Positions 53,643 to 64,000 are shown, counted from the first letter of the stretch. The stretch: 64,000 bases of DNA from Actinomycetes bacterium (GCA_037139155.1 JBAXGZ010000001.1:36845-100844); one strand, 5' to 3'. Numbers and translations are program-made. The notes: generated by a model not told the origin, from the sequence alone.

Positions 53643-55154
53643 TCAGCGCAACAGTGAGAACAGGGTGACCTGGTCGGTGAAGTGCGTAAGCGCTCCGGGG
53701 AACACACCCCACACCAGCGTGAACGCCATGGTGATGATGAGAGCGAAGGAGAGCGACGCCGGAACCTTGATCGGTGTGCGATCGCCATCGGGAGCATCAT
53801 CCATCCACATCACACGGATGAGGCGGCCGTAGTAGCCAAACGCGATAACTGAATTGAGACCGACAATGACGGCAAGGATGTAACCCGATGCGGATCCGGC
53901 CGAGGCAAGGGAACTGAAGATCGAGAGCTTGGCAAACCAACCCGCTGCCGGGGGAATGCCGGCCAAAGAGAACAGGAAGACGGTCATACATACAGTGAGG
54001 GTCGGGGCATAGGAGAACAAGCCGCCGAAACTCTTGATGTCTGCCGAACGAGTCTTACGAGCAACAGCGAGAACGACGGCGAACGCACCAAGGTTCATGC
54101 CGGCGTAGATCAGCAAGTAAATAACAATGGAACGCAGGGCTTCGCTACCGGTTCCGAGGGTGGCACCAGCAACTGCCAGCGGCGCAAGGATGTAGCCAGC
54201 CTGCGCGATGCCCGAGTACGCGAGCATTCGGACGACGTTGGTCTGGCGAAGGGCAATCAGGTTTCCAACCGTCATTGACAGGGCCGCTAGTGCCCACATG
54301 AGCGGTTCCCACACATCGCTGCGACCGTAGAAACCAATGAACAGAACATTGAGAATGGCGACGAAACCGGCGGCCTTCGATGCAACAGCCAAAAATGAGG
54401 TGACCGGAGTAGGCGCACCCTCGTATGTATCGGGTGCCCACTGATGAAACGGCACTGCCGAAACCTTAAAGGCGAAGCCGATAAGCACGAAGGCGATACC
54501 GAGGGTAATGATCGGCTGCGACGAGACATACGAACCGAGATCGGCACCGATTTCCACGAGCAGAGTGGAACCGGTGATGCCGAAGATCAGCGACATTCCG
54601 TAGAGCAGAATCGCCGATGCGAAAACACCCATCAGGTAGTACTTAAGGCCGGCTTCGTTGCTCTTCTGATCCCGTTTGCGCCATGCCGCCATCATGTAGG
54701 CCGGAATGGAGATGAGCTCAAGGGCGACGAAGATGCTGATGAGGTCGCGGGCTGATGCCATGACCATCATGCCGAGGATCGACGAAAGCAGGAGCGTGTA
54801 GTACTCGCCCTCGTAGTAGTCGCCTTCAGCGATGTAGTTGGTCGAAAGCAGGATGACGATGTATCCAGCAACCACGAACAGTGCCTGAAGGATGAGCGCG
54901 TAATTGTCGACAACGAACCCACCGTCGAACATCACACGGTCGACGCCGTCGTAGGCCAGTGAAGCGATCGGGATCAGCGCGAGGAGCAATCCGATACCAG
55001 CGATCGATGAAGACGCCCATCGCGAGCGCTCGCCAGTGAACGCGTCCAGCAGGATCAACACCACGATGGTCGCAGCCACGATGATTTCGGGCGCGAGCGC
55101 GTGATAGTCGAGGCTGGGAGCGCTCCAAGCGAAGGTCAGCAACTGGGCGAGCAA
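53643..55154 (-). CDS. nuoN: NADH-quinone oxidoreductase subunit N
   Basis: FVALEL, SNEAGLKY, FKVSAVPFHQWAPDTYEGAP. Confidence 0.97.
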   Translation of the reverse strand: MLAQLLTFAWSAPSLDYHALAPEIIVAATIVVLILLDAFTGERSRWASSSIAGIGLLLALIPIASLAYDGVDRVMFDGGFVVDNYALILQALFVVAGYIVILLSTNYIAEGDYYEGEYYTLLLSSILGMMVMASARDLISIFVALELISIPAYMMAAWRKRDQKSNEAGLKYYLMGVFASAILLYGMSLIFGITGSTLLVEIGADLGSYVSSQPIITLGIAFVLIGFAFKVSAVPFHQWAPDTYEGAPTPVTSFLAVASKAAGFVAILNVLFIGFYGRSDVWEPLMWALAALSMTVGNLIALRQTNVVRMLAYSGIAQAGYILAPLAVAGATLGTGSEALRSIVIYLLIYAGMNLGAFAVVLAVARKTRSADIKSFGGLFSYAPTLTVCMTVFLFSLAGIPPAAGWFAKLSIFSSLASAGSASGYILAVIVGLNSVIAFGYYGRLIRVMWMDDAPDGDRTPIKVPASLSFALIITMAFTLVWGVFPGALTHFTDQVTLFSLLR

Positions 55155-55158
55155 CGGA

Positions 55159-56718
55159 TCAGCCTCCGAGCCCGTTCACGATCGCGATGGTGTGGGAGAC
55201 CGCACCGTCGGTGACCTTGAAGATGATATTGGGAACGAAACCAAGCACGACGATGAGAATAAGCATCGGAGTCCAGGCCACCCACTCGGTGAACGTGACG
55301 TCGTGCAAGTGCGGATCGTCCTCAAATTCCTTGGTGGGGACACCGAAACCGACTCGTTGGTACATCCACAGAAGGTACGAAGCGGCCAAGACGGTGCCAA
55401 CCGCAGCTACCACCATCAGGACCCGGAAGAACGCGACGTTCAGACCAAGACCGGGGTTGTACGCCGAGAGAATCGCGGGGAACTCGCCCCAGAAGCCAGC
55501 CAGACCGGGAAGACCGAGCGAGGCCATGACCGAGAAACCGAGGATCCAGCCCATATGCGGCATCGACTTGAGCATTCCGCCCAATCGGGAGATATCAAGG
55601 GTGTGGTAGCGGTCCTTTGTGGAGCCGGCCACGAAGAAGAGCATGCCGGTGATGAGACCGTGAGCAACCATGCCGAAGATCGCAGCTTGGAAACCAAACG
55701 TGGTGAGTGTGGCGATACCAAGCATCACAAAGCCCATATGCGAAACCGAAGAGAACGCGATCAATCGCTTCATATCCGATTGCGCCAAACAGCAGAACGC
55801 TCCGTAAATGATGCCGATGACGGCAAGCAAACCGATGAACGGTGCCCACTTCTCCGCTGCCCCAGGAAGGATCGGAATAGCGATGCGGATGAAGCCGTAG
55901 GTTCCGAGCTTCAGGAGCACTGCAGCAAGGATGACCGAGCCAACGGTCGGCGCTTGGGTGTGCGCGTCGGGCAACCATGTGTGGAACGGGAACATCGGGA
56001 CCTTGATACCGAAGCCCATGAACATGCCGCCGAAGATCCAAAGTGCAGCGCCGGTGGAAATACCAGTGGCGAGTTCGGGGAGAAGGCGCATATCGAATGA
56101 ATGCATCATCTCGCCGTTGACCGGAATCTTGTCGGAGAGGAAGTACAGCGAAAGGAAGGCGACGATCATGAGCGCCGAACCGAACAGCGTGTAGAGGAAG
56201 AACTTGAGCGACGCGTATTGGCGCTTCTCGCCACCCCAGACACCGATCATGAAGTACATCGGCAGAAGTACGACCTCAAAGAAGACGAAGAAGAGGATGA
56301 GATCCTGAGCCACGAACGAGCCGAGCATGCCCGTCTCGAGGATGAGGATGAGAATAAGGAATGCCTTGGGGTTCTTCGGTTCCGGGAAATGGTTCCAGGA
56401 GTAGATGATGCACAACGGCACGATCAACAAGGTGAGCGCAATCATCGGCAGCGAAATGCCGTCGATGCCAACGATGTAACGACTGTTGATGATCGGGATC
56501 CACGCCTTGTCGACCACGAACTGGAGCCGTCCGCCCGCGTCGTAGTCGAAGTTGGTCATGATCAGGATGCCGATGAACCCCACCACAAGGCTCGACGCCA
56601 GCGCGACGACCTTATGGAACTGCTCTCGGGCCTTGGGCACGACCAACATGGCGAGCGCTCCCACAAGGGGGAGGAACACCATCAGGCTGATACCCCAACT
56701 GTTCAGGAAATCTGTCAT
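55159..56718 (-). CDS. nuoM: NADH-quinone oxidoreductase subunit M
   Basis: FFEVVLLPMY, FPFHTWLPDAHTQAP, LKLGTYG. Confidence 0.97.
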   Translation of the reverse strand: MTDFLNSWGISLMVFLPLVGALAMLVVPKAREQFHKVVALASSLVVGFIGILIMTNFDYDAGGRLQFVVDKAWIPIINSRYIVGIDGISLPMIALTLLIVPLCIIYSWNHFPEPKNPKAFLILILILETGMLGSFVAQDLILFFVFFEVVLLPMYFMIGVWGGEKRQYASLKFFLYTLFGSALMIVAFLSLYFLSDKIPVNGEMMHSFDMRLLPELATGISTGAALWIFGGMFMGFGIKVPMFPFHTWLPDAHTQAPTVGSVILAAVLLKLGTYGFIRIAIPILPGAAEKWAPFIGLLAVIGIIYGAFCCLAQSDMKRLIAFSSVSHMGFVMLGIATLTTFGFQAAIFGMVAHGLITGMLFFVAGSTKDRYHTLDISRLGGMLKSMPHMGWILGFSVMASLGLPGLAGFWGEFPAILSAYNPGLGLNVAFFRVLMVVAAVGTVLAASYLLWMYQRVGFGVPTKEFEDDPHLHDVTFTEWVAWTPMLILIVVLGFVPNIIFKVTDGAVSHTIAIVNGLGG

Positions 56719-56735
56719 CGAATTGTCCTGGGCTC

Positions 56736-58961
56736 CTAGACGACGAACACGAGTACACCGGCGAGGACGACCGCGCCGGCAAAGAGGATCGAGGCGTACT
56801 GCTGGACCTTGCCGGTCTGGATCTTGCGGAGCAGTTGACCTGCGCCCTCAGAACCTTGGCCGGATCCATTCACTGCACCATCGATGATGATCTGATCGGC
56901 GAAGACATAGACGAATCCGGCGATCTTTCGAGCGCCGAGTCCGATGCCATTCACAATTCCATCGAGGATGTTCTGGTTGAACCAGTTGGCCGCGCGGGCG
57001 ATGGGGCCCTTCGTGCTGCCCGCGATGACTCCGGTGTAGAGATCATCGAGGTAGTACTTGTTCTCGAGGAACGTGTACCCGGCATGGGCGACCTTGTTGC
57101 GCGAGGTCAGACCATGGGGGCCACGGTTCTTCTCGAAGTACTGATAGGCGATGAACAAACCAGTAGCCGCCAGGATCGTCGAAACGACTGCGAGCCAAGG
57201 TGTGAACTCAGCGTGCTGCAAGGGCGGGAAGGCGAAGGTCGGCTCGACGAAATGCTCGAACCTCGTGGTGACACCGCTGGGTAGTTTCACGCCGAAGAAG
57301 TTGCCTGGGAAGTTGGTGAAGCCAAACACGACCGCGCAACCAGCGAGGATGATCAGCGGAACGGTGATGACCTTCGGGGACTCATGCGGATGCGCATGAC
57401 CGCGGTACTTACCCCAGAACGTGAGCCAGTAGGCCCGGCCCATGTAAGCGGCAGTGAGGAACGCCGTGATCAGACCGAAAATCAGCATGATCGTGTATGC
57501 GTTTTCCTGACCGTTCGCCGCTCCGGCAAGGATCTCGTCCTTGGACCAGAAACCGGCGAGCGGGAAGATGCCAGCGAGGGCAAGGGTCGCGATGAGGAAT
57601 GTCGCGTGTGTGACCGGCATCTTTTTGCGGAGGCCACCCATCTCTCGCATATCGAAAGTGTGGTGACAGGCATGACTCACCGAACCTGCACCGAGGAATA
57701 GGCAGGCCTTGAAGAACGCATGGGTGAAAAGGTGGAACACACCCGCGGTCCAAGCACCGACACCCAAGGCCATCACCATGTAGCCGAGCTGCGAAATCGT
57801 TGAGTACGCCAAGACCTTCTTGAGATCGTGCTGCACGAACGCCAGAAGGCCACCGATGATGGTGGTGAAACCGCCGATGAACGCGACGTAGTGGAACGAG
57901 CTACTGCCGATCGCCAGACCCGAGAAGAACACTGCGTAGAGACGAGCGATCAGGTACACGCCGGCAACAACCATGGTCGCGGCGTGGATGAGCGCCGAAA
58001 CCGGTGTCGGCCCCGCCATGGCGTCAGGCAACCACGTATGCAGCGGGAACTGACCCGACTTCGAGGTGACACCGCCGAAGAGACACAACGCCCCAATGAG
58101 AAGAAGGGTGGTGTTGGCATTGCCTGACAGCGCGTACTCATTGATATGGAGCACATTGAAACTGGTTCCACCAGCGGCGAAGAACGTGATGATCACGCCG
58201 AGGATGAGACCAATATCACCAACGCGGTTCGTGAGGAAGGCCTTGAGCGCGGCGTCTGTGTTCTTCTTCTCTTCCCACCAGTGGCCGATCAGACCGAATG
58301 AACAGACGCCCACCAATTCCCAGCCCACCAACATCTGCAAGGTGTTGGAGCTCAGAACATAGAAGAGCATCGAGGCAGTGAAGAGGGAAAGGAATGCGTA
58401 GTAGTGGGTGAAGCGAACATCACCATGGAGATACTCAGTGGAGTAGATGTGCACCAGCAAGGAGATGATGCAGACCGTGATGAGCATCATCGCCGCGAGA
58501 CCATCGACCAAAGTGCCGAATTCGAATTCCAAGCCACCGATCTGGAACCAGGTGACTGTACGCACCACCGGCGGTACCGACTCATGTTCGCCGCCGTGTT
58601 CCGAACCGGCTTCGGCTGAATGTCCGTCGGTCGCGGTGGCATGCGAATCGGTCGACACGGTCTCGCCGGAATCCTTGGTGGCGGCGTTGACCTCTTCGCC
58701 AATCGTCTCGCCGGTCTGCGGGGTGAGCCCGTTCGCTTGAAGGATGTCGGCAGCCAACGCGGCTCCGGTAGGCGGGTGATTTACACGGCTAATCCAGTTC
58801 CCGGCCACCACGACCGAGAGGATCAGACAGATGGAGACTGCGGCGATGCCGATCCCGGCAGTAGCGCGGGTTCCCCAACGCTTGCCGAAAAAGAGAATCA
58901 CGAGGAACGATGCCGCCATGAGGGCGGGGATAATCCAGACCTTGTCGATCATGTTGAACAC
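56736..58961 (-). CDS. nuoL: NADH-quinone oxidoreductase subunit L
   Basis: GWELVG, TNRVGD, KSGQFPLHTWLPDAMAGPTPVSALIHAATMV. Start is 58961 or 58952. Confidence 0.97.
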   Translation of the reverse strand: MFNMIDKVWIIPALMAASFLVILFFGKRWGTRATAGIGIAAVSICLILSVVVAGNWISRVNHPPTGAALAADILQANGLTPQTGETIGEEVNAATKDSGETVSTDSHATATDGHSAEAGSEHGGEHESVPPVVRTVTWFQIGGLEFEFGTLVDGLAAMMLITVCIISLLVHIYSTEYLHGDVRFTHYYAFLSLFTASMLFYVLSSNTLQMLVGWELVGVCSFGLIGHWWEEKKNTDAALKAFLTNRVGDIGLILGVIITFFAAGGTSFNVLHINEYALSGNANTTLLLIGALCLFGGVTSKSGQFPLHTWLPDAMAGPTPVSALIHAATMVVAGVYLIARLYAVFFSGLAIGSSSFHYVAFIGGFTTIIGGLLAFVQHDLKKVLAYSTISQLGYMVMALGVGAWTAGVFHLFTHAFFKACLFLGAGSVSHACHHTFDMREMGGLRKKMPVTHATFLIATLALAGIFPLAGFWSKDEILAGAANGQENAYTIMLIFGLITAFLTAAYMGRAYWLTFWGKYRGHAHPHESPKVITVPLIILAGCAVVFGFTNFPGNFFGVKLPSGVTTRFEHFVEPTFAFPPLQHAEFTPWLAVVSTILAATGLFIAYQYFEKNRGPHGLTSRNKVAHAGYTFLENKYYLDDLYTGVIAGSTKGPIARAANWFNQNILDGIVNGIGLGARKIAGFVYVFADQIIIDGAVNGSGQGSEGAGQLLRKIQTGKVQQYASILFAGAVVLAGVLVFVV

Positions 58962-58966
58962 GACGA

Positions 58967-59281
58967 TCAGCCCTTCAGCATGTCGACATCATCGATGTCG
59001 ATGCTCTGTCGGTTCCGGTAGATGAGCAGAACAAGTGCGAGGCCGACTCCGACCTCGGCCGCAGCGACTGCGATCACGAAAAGCGCAAACACTTGGCCGG
59101 ACACGTTGGCCACATCGTTGGCGTTCCAGTAGGCACCGAACGCAACGAGGTTGATGTTGACGGCGTTGAGGATGAGTTCGATAGACATCAGAACGAGAAC
59201 GCCGTTCTTGCGAGCGAGAACTCCATAGACGCCGATGCAAAAGAGAATCGCAGCAAGGAGCAGGAACTGGTTGAGAAACAT
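58967..59281 (-). CDS. nuoK: NADH-quinone oxidoreductase subunit K
   Basis: LMSIELILNAVN, AAAEVGVGLA. Confidence 0.97.
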   Translation of the reverse strand: MFLNQFLLLAAILFCIGVYGVLARKNGVLVLMSIELILNAVNINLVAFGAYWNANDVANVSGQVFALFVIAVAAAEVGVGLALVLLIYRNRQSIDIDDVDMLKG

Positions 59282-59790
59282 CAGTCGCGCCTCGCAATCA
59301 CGATGGCGCCGATAAGCGCGGCGAGGAGCAGTACTGACAGCACCTCAAACGGAAGTAAGTACGTGGAGAAAATCGAATCGCTCACCTGAGCGGTCCTCTG
59401 CACCATCAGATCTCCGAATTCGGTGTCCTTAAACCCATCGATAAGGGAGTACCCCATGAGTCCAAGGAGCAGCACTCCGATCCCACCGGCAATAAGTTTG
59501 GCCGACTTCTTATTGTCGAGGTCGTCATCGGTGCCGGTCTTGGCTCGCGTGAGCATGATGCCGAAAAGGAACAGGACGATGATTGCGCCCAGGTAGACAA
59601 GCACCTGGGTGATGGCCACAAACTCCGAGGCCAAAAGGATGTATTGCGCTGCCGCTCCAGCGAGCACGAGGACCAGCCACAGCGCCGCGTGCATGAGGTT
59701 CTTGCAGGTCACGACGCGAAGCGCACCGACGACCATGAGCGCCGCAATGACGTAGAACGCGATGTTCTGGGCAACGAGAAGGGCCAGCAT
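59281..59790 (-). CDS. nuoJ: NADH-quinone oxidoreductase subunit J
   Basis: QVLVYLGAIIVLFLF, PFEVLSVLLL. Start ATG 59790. Confidence 0.95.
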   Translation of the reverse strand: MLALLVAQNIAFYVIAALMVVGALRVVTCKNLMHAALWLVLVLAGAAAQYILLASEFVAITQVLVYLGAIIVLFLFGIMLTRAKTGTDDDLDNKKSAKLIAGGIGVLLLGLMGYSLIDGFKDTEFGDLMVQRTAQVSDSIFSTYLLPFEVLSVLLLAALIGAIVIARRD

Positions 59791-60299
59791 CAGCGCGGCA
59801 CCTTCTTCACCTTGGCATCCGAACCGGCTTCGTAGGGCTCGAAATCGGGAACGGTTTGCATCCACTGATCGAGACGGGTCTTGTCGTGGAGTAGATCGGC
59901 GATGCGGATTTCGGAGTACTCGTGCTCGGGACTCCAAAACAGTGCGTCGAACGGACAGACTTCGACACAGATTCCGCAGTACATACAGAGAGAGAAGTCG
60001 ATATCGAAACGGTCGAGTTCGTTCTTCTGTCGAGGCTTACCACCCTCACGGCGGGGCGGGGCGAGGTACTTGTGCGCCTCGATGAAAATGCACCAATCGG
60101 GACACTCACGCGCGCAGAGCATGCATGAGGTGCAGTTCTCCTCTTGAAGCGCAATGACACCGCGCGCCCGAGGTGCAACCTCTTCGCGCTCATGCGGGTA
60201 GCGAGTGGTCTGTGGCCCATCTTTGAGCGTCTTGACCATCTCGCCGAACGTCACGCCGAGACCCTTGATAAGACCAGGAACCTTGGGCTTGGGGGGCAT
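59790..60299 (-). CDS. nuoI: NADH-quinone oxidoreductase subunit I
   Basis: Two 4Fe-4S motifs, [12 protein letters not shown] and [12 protein letters not shown]. Start ATG 60299. Confidence 0.96.
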   Translation of the reverse strand: MPPKPKVPGLIKGLGVTFGEMVKTLKDGPQTTRYPHEREEVAPRARGVIALQEENCTSCMLCARECPDWCIFIEAHKYLAPPRREGGKPRQKNELDRFDIDFSLCMYCGICVEVCPFDALFWSPEHEYSEIRIADLLHDKTRLDQWMQTVPDFEPYEAGSDAKVKKVPR

Positions 60300-61336
60300 T
60301 AGAGCACCACCTTCAGCACGGCCGTGACGACAATGTTCACAAGGGCCAGCGGAATAAGAACCTTCCACGCCAAGCTCTGGAGCTGATCTTCACGGAAACG
60401 GGGATAAGTGAACCGGACCCAAAAGATGATGAACGCAACGAGCATCACCTTGGCAAACAGAACCGCAGGGCCGAGGACGTAGTACCAATCGCTCGAAGTG
60501 GGCAGCCACGGAACAGCCCAGCCGCCGAGGAACAACACTGCAGCGATACCAGCGAAAGCGAATGCAGTTGCGAATTCGGCAAGGAAGAAGATGAGGAAGC
60601 GGAAGCCGGTGTATTCAACCTGGTAACCGGAAACGATCTCCGATTCCGCGACCGGCATGTCGAAGGGTGGCTGTGTGAGTTCGGCCTGCACAGCGGCGAT
60701 AAAGATAAAGAAACCAAGGAACTGGGTGAGGATGTACGGAAAGCCAATGCCGCCCCAGCCAAAGATTGTCCCATCAGCCTGCGCTAGGACGATGCCGTTA
60801 AGGCTCATGGTGCCGGCCTGAATAACAACTCCGATAACCGCGAGAACCATGGGCAACTCGTAGGCAATGAGCTGACCAGCGGCTCGCAGCGCACCCATGA
60901 GTGAGTACTTACTCGCCGAGGACCAGCCCGCCATGAGCACGCCGATCACGGAGAGCGACGAAATGGCGAGCACAAAGAACACGCCGACATCGAGGTTGGC
61001 GACGACGAGGTGCATCGACGCAGGCAATGCCACGTAGAGAAGAAGCGTGGACATGAGCACCACGAGAGGTGCGACCTTGAAGACCCAACGATCGGCTCCA
61101 TTGGGAGCGATGTCTTCCTTCTGGAGGAACTTCACACCATCAGCAAGCAACTGCAGGGTTCCGCGCGGACCGGCTTCCTGCGGACCGAGACGGCTCTGCA
61201 TCCACGACATGATCTTGAAGAGGAAGACCATGCCCAAGATAAGTGCAGTGGTGGGAACAACAGCACTGATGACGAGGACCTTGATGAGGGTCGACATCCA
61301 ATAGGGCGGCGCAAAGGAAGCGAGTACGTGCATCAT
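60299..61336 (-). CDS. nuoH: NADH-quinone oxidoreductase subunit H
   Basis: [29 protein letters not shown]. Confidence 0.97.
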   Translation of the reverse strand: MMHVLASFAPPYWMSTLIKVLVISAVVPTTALILGMVFLFKIMSWMQSRLGPQEAGPRGTLQLLADGVKFLQKEDIAPNGADRWVFKVAPLVVLMSTLLLYVALPASMHLVVANLDVGVFFVLAISSLSVIGVLMAGWSSASKYSLMGALRAAGQLIAYELPMVLAVIGVVIQAGTMSLNGIVLAQADGTIFGWGGIGFPYILTQFLGFFIFIAAVQAELTQPPFDMPVAESEIVSGYQVEYTGFRFLIFFLAEFATAFAFAGIAAVLFLGGWAVPWLPTSSDWYYVLGPAVLFAKVMLVAFIIFWVRFTYPRFREDQLQSLAWKVLIPLALVNIVVTAVLKVVL

Positions 61337-62508
61337 CGGTCGATGTCACCCAAGATGAAATAGAGGCTTCCAAGGATCGAGATGAGATCGGGAACGTACG
61401 CACCCCGAGCTACCCACGGCACGACAGAAATGTTGTTGAACGACGCCGAACGAATCTTGACCCGGAACGGAACGAGGTCGCCCTTCGACACCACGTAGTA
61501 ACCCATTTCGCCGAGTGGATTCTCGGTAGCCACATAGGCCTCGCCCTCGGGCACCTTGATGATGCGCGGGACCTTGGCCATAACGGGGCCACTGGGAATG
61601 GTGTCGAGGAGTTGCTTGACGATCTTGGCCGCTTCGCGGGTCTCTTGAAGTCGCACCCACGTACGTGCGAAACAATCGCCGTCGGGGTGAGTCCAGACCT
61701 TCCAGTCGGCTTTGTCGTACACCAAACCTGGTGGGCAATTGTCCCGGCGGAGATCCCAGTCGACTCCCGAGGCACGAAGATTGGCACCCGAAAGTCCGTA
61801 TGACAGTGCGATTTCGGCAGGAATCACGCCGATGCCCCGAGTACGAGCCTGGAAGATCTCGTTACCAACAAGCAGATTTTCCAACTCGTCGCAGAAGGAA
61901 AGGAGTTTGTCCATCGCCACGTGCGACTGTTCGATCCAACCCTTGGGAAGATCGTCTTTGAGTCCACCGATGCGGTCGAAGTTGGGATGGAATCGACCAC
62001 CAGTGGCCGATTCGATCTGATTAAGAACCCATTCACGGTCGCGGAAGGCATAGAAGCCAGCGGTCATACCGCCAAGTTGCAGACCGAAATCACCGAGGAA
62101 GAGAGAAATATTCGCGACTCGCGACATTTCAAAAAGAATGGTTCGGATCCACTGCGCTCGAGGCGGAGCTTCGACCCCCATCAACTTCTCGGCGGCGAGG
62201 ATGAATGGCACCTCATTGGCGAAACTGCCCAGCCAATCGATGCGATTAATGAGCGCATTGATCTGCGGGTAGGTCCGGACCTCGGTCAGTTTTTCGTATC
62301 CGCGGTGCATGTAACCGCACATCGGTTCGGCCGAGATCACCTGCTCGCCATCGAGTTGAGCGATGATGCGAAGCGTGCCGTGGGTCGCAGGATGCTGCGG
62401 TCCCATATTGAGGGTCATGCCCTCGCTCTCGAAATCGATGTTGACGCGGTTATCGACAGCTTCGGCGGCGAGTTCGGCAACCGACTGGGGATCGCTGACA
62501 GCGGTCAT
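61333..62508 (-). CDS. nuoD: NADH-quinone oxidoreductase subunit D
   Basis: NMGPQHPATHG, GYMHRGYEK, C-terminal GDIDR. No NiFe cysteines. Confidence 0.96.
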   Translation of the reverse strand: MTAVSDPQSVAELAAEAVDNRVNIDFESEGMTLNMGPQHPATHGTLRIIAQLDGEQVISAEPMCGYMHRGYEKLTEVRTYPQINALINRIDWLGSFANEVPFILAAEKLMGVEAPPRAQWIRTILFEMSRVANISLFLGDFGLQLGGMTAGFYAFRDREWVLNQIESATGGRFHPNFDRIGGLKDDLPKGWIEQSHVAMDKLLSFCDELENLLVGNEIFQARTRGIGVIPAEIALSYGLSGANLRASGVDWDLRRDNCPPGLVYDKADWKVWTHPDGDCFARTWVRLQETREAAKIVKQLLDTIPSGPVMAKVPRIIKVPEGEAYVATENPLGEMGYYVVSKGDLVPFRVKIRSASFNNISVVPWVARGAYVPDLISILGSLYFILGDIDR

Positions 62509-63188
62509 TCGCCCTCTCCTTCCTCTTCAGCAACACCTGGCATCGGTTCAACGTCGACGATGCCGGGCCACGGGCGCACCCGACGGGCCAGCAACGGGAA
62601 GTCCTTGCGCAAAGGATGGCCCACGAAATCGGCGGGCAAATACATGTTGATCATGTTCGGATGTCCGTCGAACGAGAAGCCGAACATCTCGCGAGCCTCA
62701 CGTTCGTGCCAGTTCGCACCGGCGAACACAGTCGACCAGGTACCGGCGGTCAGATCGTCATCGGGAAGATCACATTTAAAGGTGATGCCCATGCCCGCGC
62801 TGATCGAATACAAACGAGCGAGAAGTTGGAATCGCGTCTCGCCACCGGCGTAACCCTGCACCATTGGTTCGGGTTCGTTTGCAGGGGCACCAGACACAAT
62901 GCGGTCTTCTTGGGAGTCCATGTCGCGACCGAACGGCGAAGGAAGCCAATCGATAGCCGAGAGGAAGTCGAAGAAGCGATATCCCATCGCCTTCGCGACT
63001 TCAGCAGCTGCCACCCAGTTGGCGCGATCAACGCGGATCCAGAGATCGTCACCCGGACGGATATGCGAACCGACCACGCCGTCGCCGAGGCGCGACGTGA
63101 ACTCGGCCAGTACGGCCTCGCGAACCTCGTCAGTAACGGGCGCTGCCTCTACGGGCGTCTCGGTCTCAGCCGACGACAATTGGCTCAC
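62505..63188 (-). CDS. nuoC: NADH-quinone oxidoreductase subunit C (start uncertain)
   Basis: [27 protein letters not shown]. Confidence 0.93.
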   Translation of the reverse strand: MSQLSSAETETPVEAAPVTDEVREAVLAEFTSRLGDGVVGSHIRPGDDLWIRVDRANWVAAAEVAKAMGYRFFDFLSAIDWLPSPFGRDMDSQEDRIVSGAPANEPEPMVQGYAGGETRFQLLARLYSISAGMGITFKCDLPDDDLTAGTWSTVFAGANWHEREAREMFGFSFDGHPNMINMYLPADFVGHPLRKDFPLLARRVRPWPGIVDVEPMPGVAEEEGEGE

Positions 63189-63666
63189 CCTTCCAACGCT
63201 CGGCCATGTCTTCATGGGCGATGCGCTCCTGCAGGAGGATGATTCCCTCGAGCAGAGCTTCGGGACGCGGAGGACAGCCGGGGACATACACGTCGACCGG
63301 GATCAACTGATCGACGCCCTTGGTGACCGAGTAGCTGTCCCAGTAAGGACCGCCGCAGTTCGCGCAGGACCCCATTGAGATGACGTACTTCGGATCGGGC
63401 ATCTGCTCATAGAGACGCACGACCGCCGGGGCGAGTTTGTCGGTGACGGTGCCGGCGATGACCACGAGATCGGCCTGACGAGGGCTGGCCGGGAACGGAA
63501 TCACACCGAGACGCATGACGTCGTAGCGAGGCGACGCGAACGCCGCTCCCATCTCGATCGCGCAGCACGCAAGGCCCCACTGGTAGGCCCAGATGGAGTA
63601 CTTACGCGAGATATTGAGGAGTTTGGACAGCGGCTTGGGCAACTTGCCGCTTTCGACTAAGCCCAT
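63166..63666 (-). CDS. nuoB: NADH-quinone oxidoreductase subunit B
   Basis: [30 protein letters not shown]. Start ATG 63666. Confidence 0.97.
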   Translation of the reverse strand: MGLVESGKLPKPLSKLLNISRKYSIWAYQWGLACCAIEMGAAFASPRYDVMRLGVIPFPASPRQADLVVIAGTVTDKLAPAVVRLYEQMPDPKYVISMGSCANCGGPYWDSYSVTKGVDQLIPVDVYVPGCPPRPEALLEGIILLQERIAHEDMAERWKGEPIVVG

Positions 63667-64000
63667 TGGAGCACCTTCTTCCGCCAGGCGTAGAGCAGAC
63701 CGAGGGCCAAGATGGCCACGAAAATGAGCATTTCGACAAGCCCGAACACGCCGTAAATCTCGAGTTGCGTGGCCCACGGGAACATGAACACCGCTTCGAC
63801 ATCGAACATGACGAACAGAAGTGCATAGATGTAGTAGCGGATCTGGCTTTGAGACCAGCCCGAACCGACTGGATCGACGCCCGATTCGTACACGAGGTAC
63901 TTCTGTTCCTGGGGGCGAACCGGTCGAAAGATCTTGCCGATGGCGAGAAGACCAGCGCCAAGGCCAAGACCAACGCCCGCGAAAATAGCGACGGTGAGGT
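63657..64000 (-). CDS. nuoA: NADH-quinone oxidoreductase subunit A (5' end outside window)
   Basis: [28 protein letters not shown]. The frame stays open to the window edge. Confidence 0.95.
   Translation of the reverse strand, partial: LTVAIFAGVGLGLGAGLLAIGKIFRPVRPQEQKYLVYESGVDPVGSGWSQSQIRYYIYALLFVMFDVEAVFMFPWATQLEIYGVFGLVEMLIFVAILALGLLYAWRKKVLQWA

Noticed and set aside
61333-63666. Group 4 NiFe-hydrogenase instead of complex I
   Set aside because: The large subunit lacks both CxxC Ni-binding motifs and ends in DIDR, typical of NuoD.

Overview
High-GC actinobacterial chromosome segment, probably class Acidimicrobiia (inferred from protein style, the long beta-prime N-terminal insert and an oversized GlmS). 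It is almost entirely on the minus strand. It carries the core transcription/translation supercluster: tRNA-Thr/Met, tuf, rpmG, tRNA-Trp, secE, nusG, rplKAJL, rpoBC, rpsL, rpsG, fusA, a second tuf, rpsJ, the S10/spc/alpha genes, truA, rplM, rpsI, glmM and glmS. The right end has yajQ, a HAD phosphatase, acs, an NDUFAF7/MidA-like methyltransferase and an 11-subunit complex I-like operon (nuoA-D, H-N, no nuoEFG in place). Several accessory insertions break the conserved order. (i) A lower-GC divergent gene pair between map and infA encodes a 1122-aa FkbM + coiled-coil + GT4 + second methyltransferase protein and a 489-aa FkbM protein. (ii) A PIN-type toxin-antitoxin pair with a perfect operator palindrome, plus an SDR, separates rpsJ from rplC. 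(iii) An ECF sigma/zinc anti-sigma pair lies between rpmG and tRNA-Trp/secE. (iv) A GNAT lies between tRNAs. Other oddities are a CTG start for infA, a (Asp-His)9 tract in L22, two apparently identical tuf copies, a 17-bp tandem array in the tuf leader, a structured rplC leader, and Trp in place of the conserved quinone-site Tyr of NuoD. No integrase, transposase or CRISPR array was found. Everything was read by eye, with no database searches.
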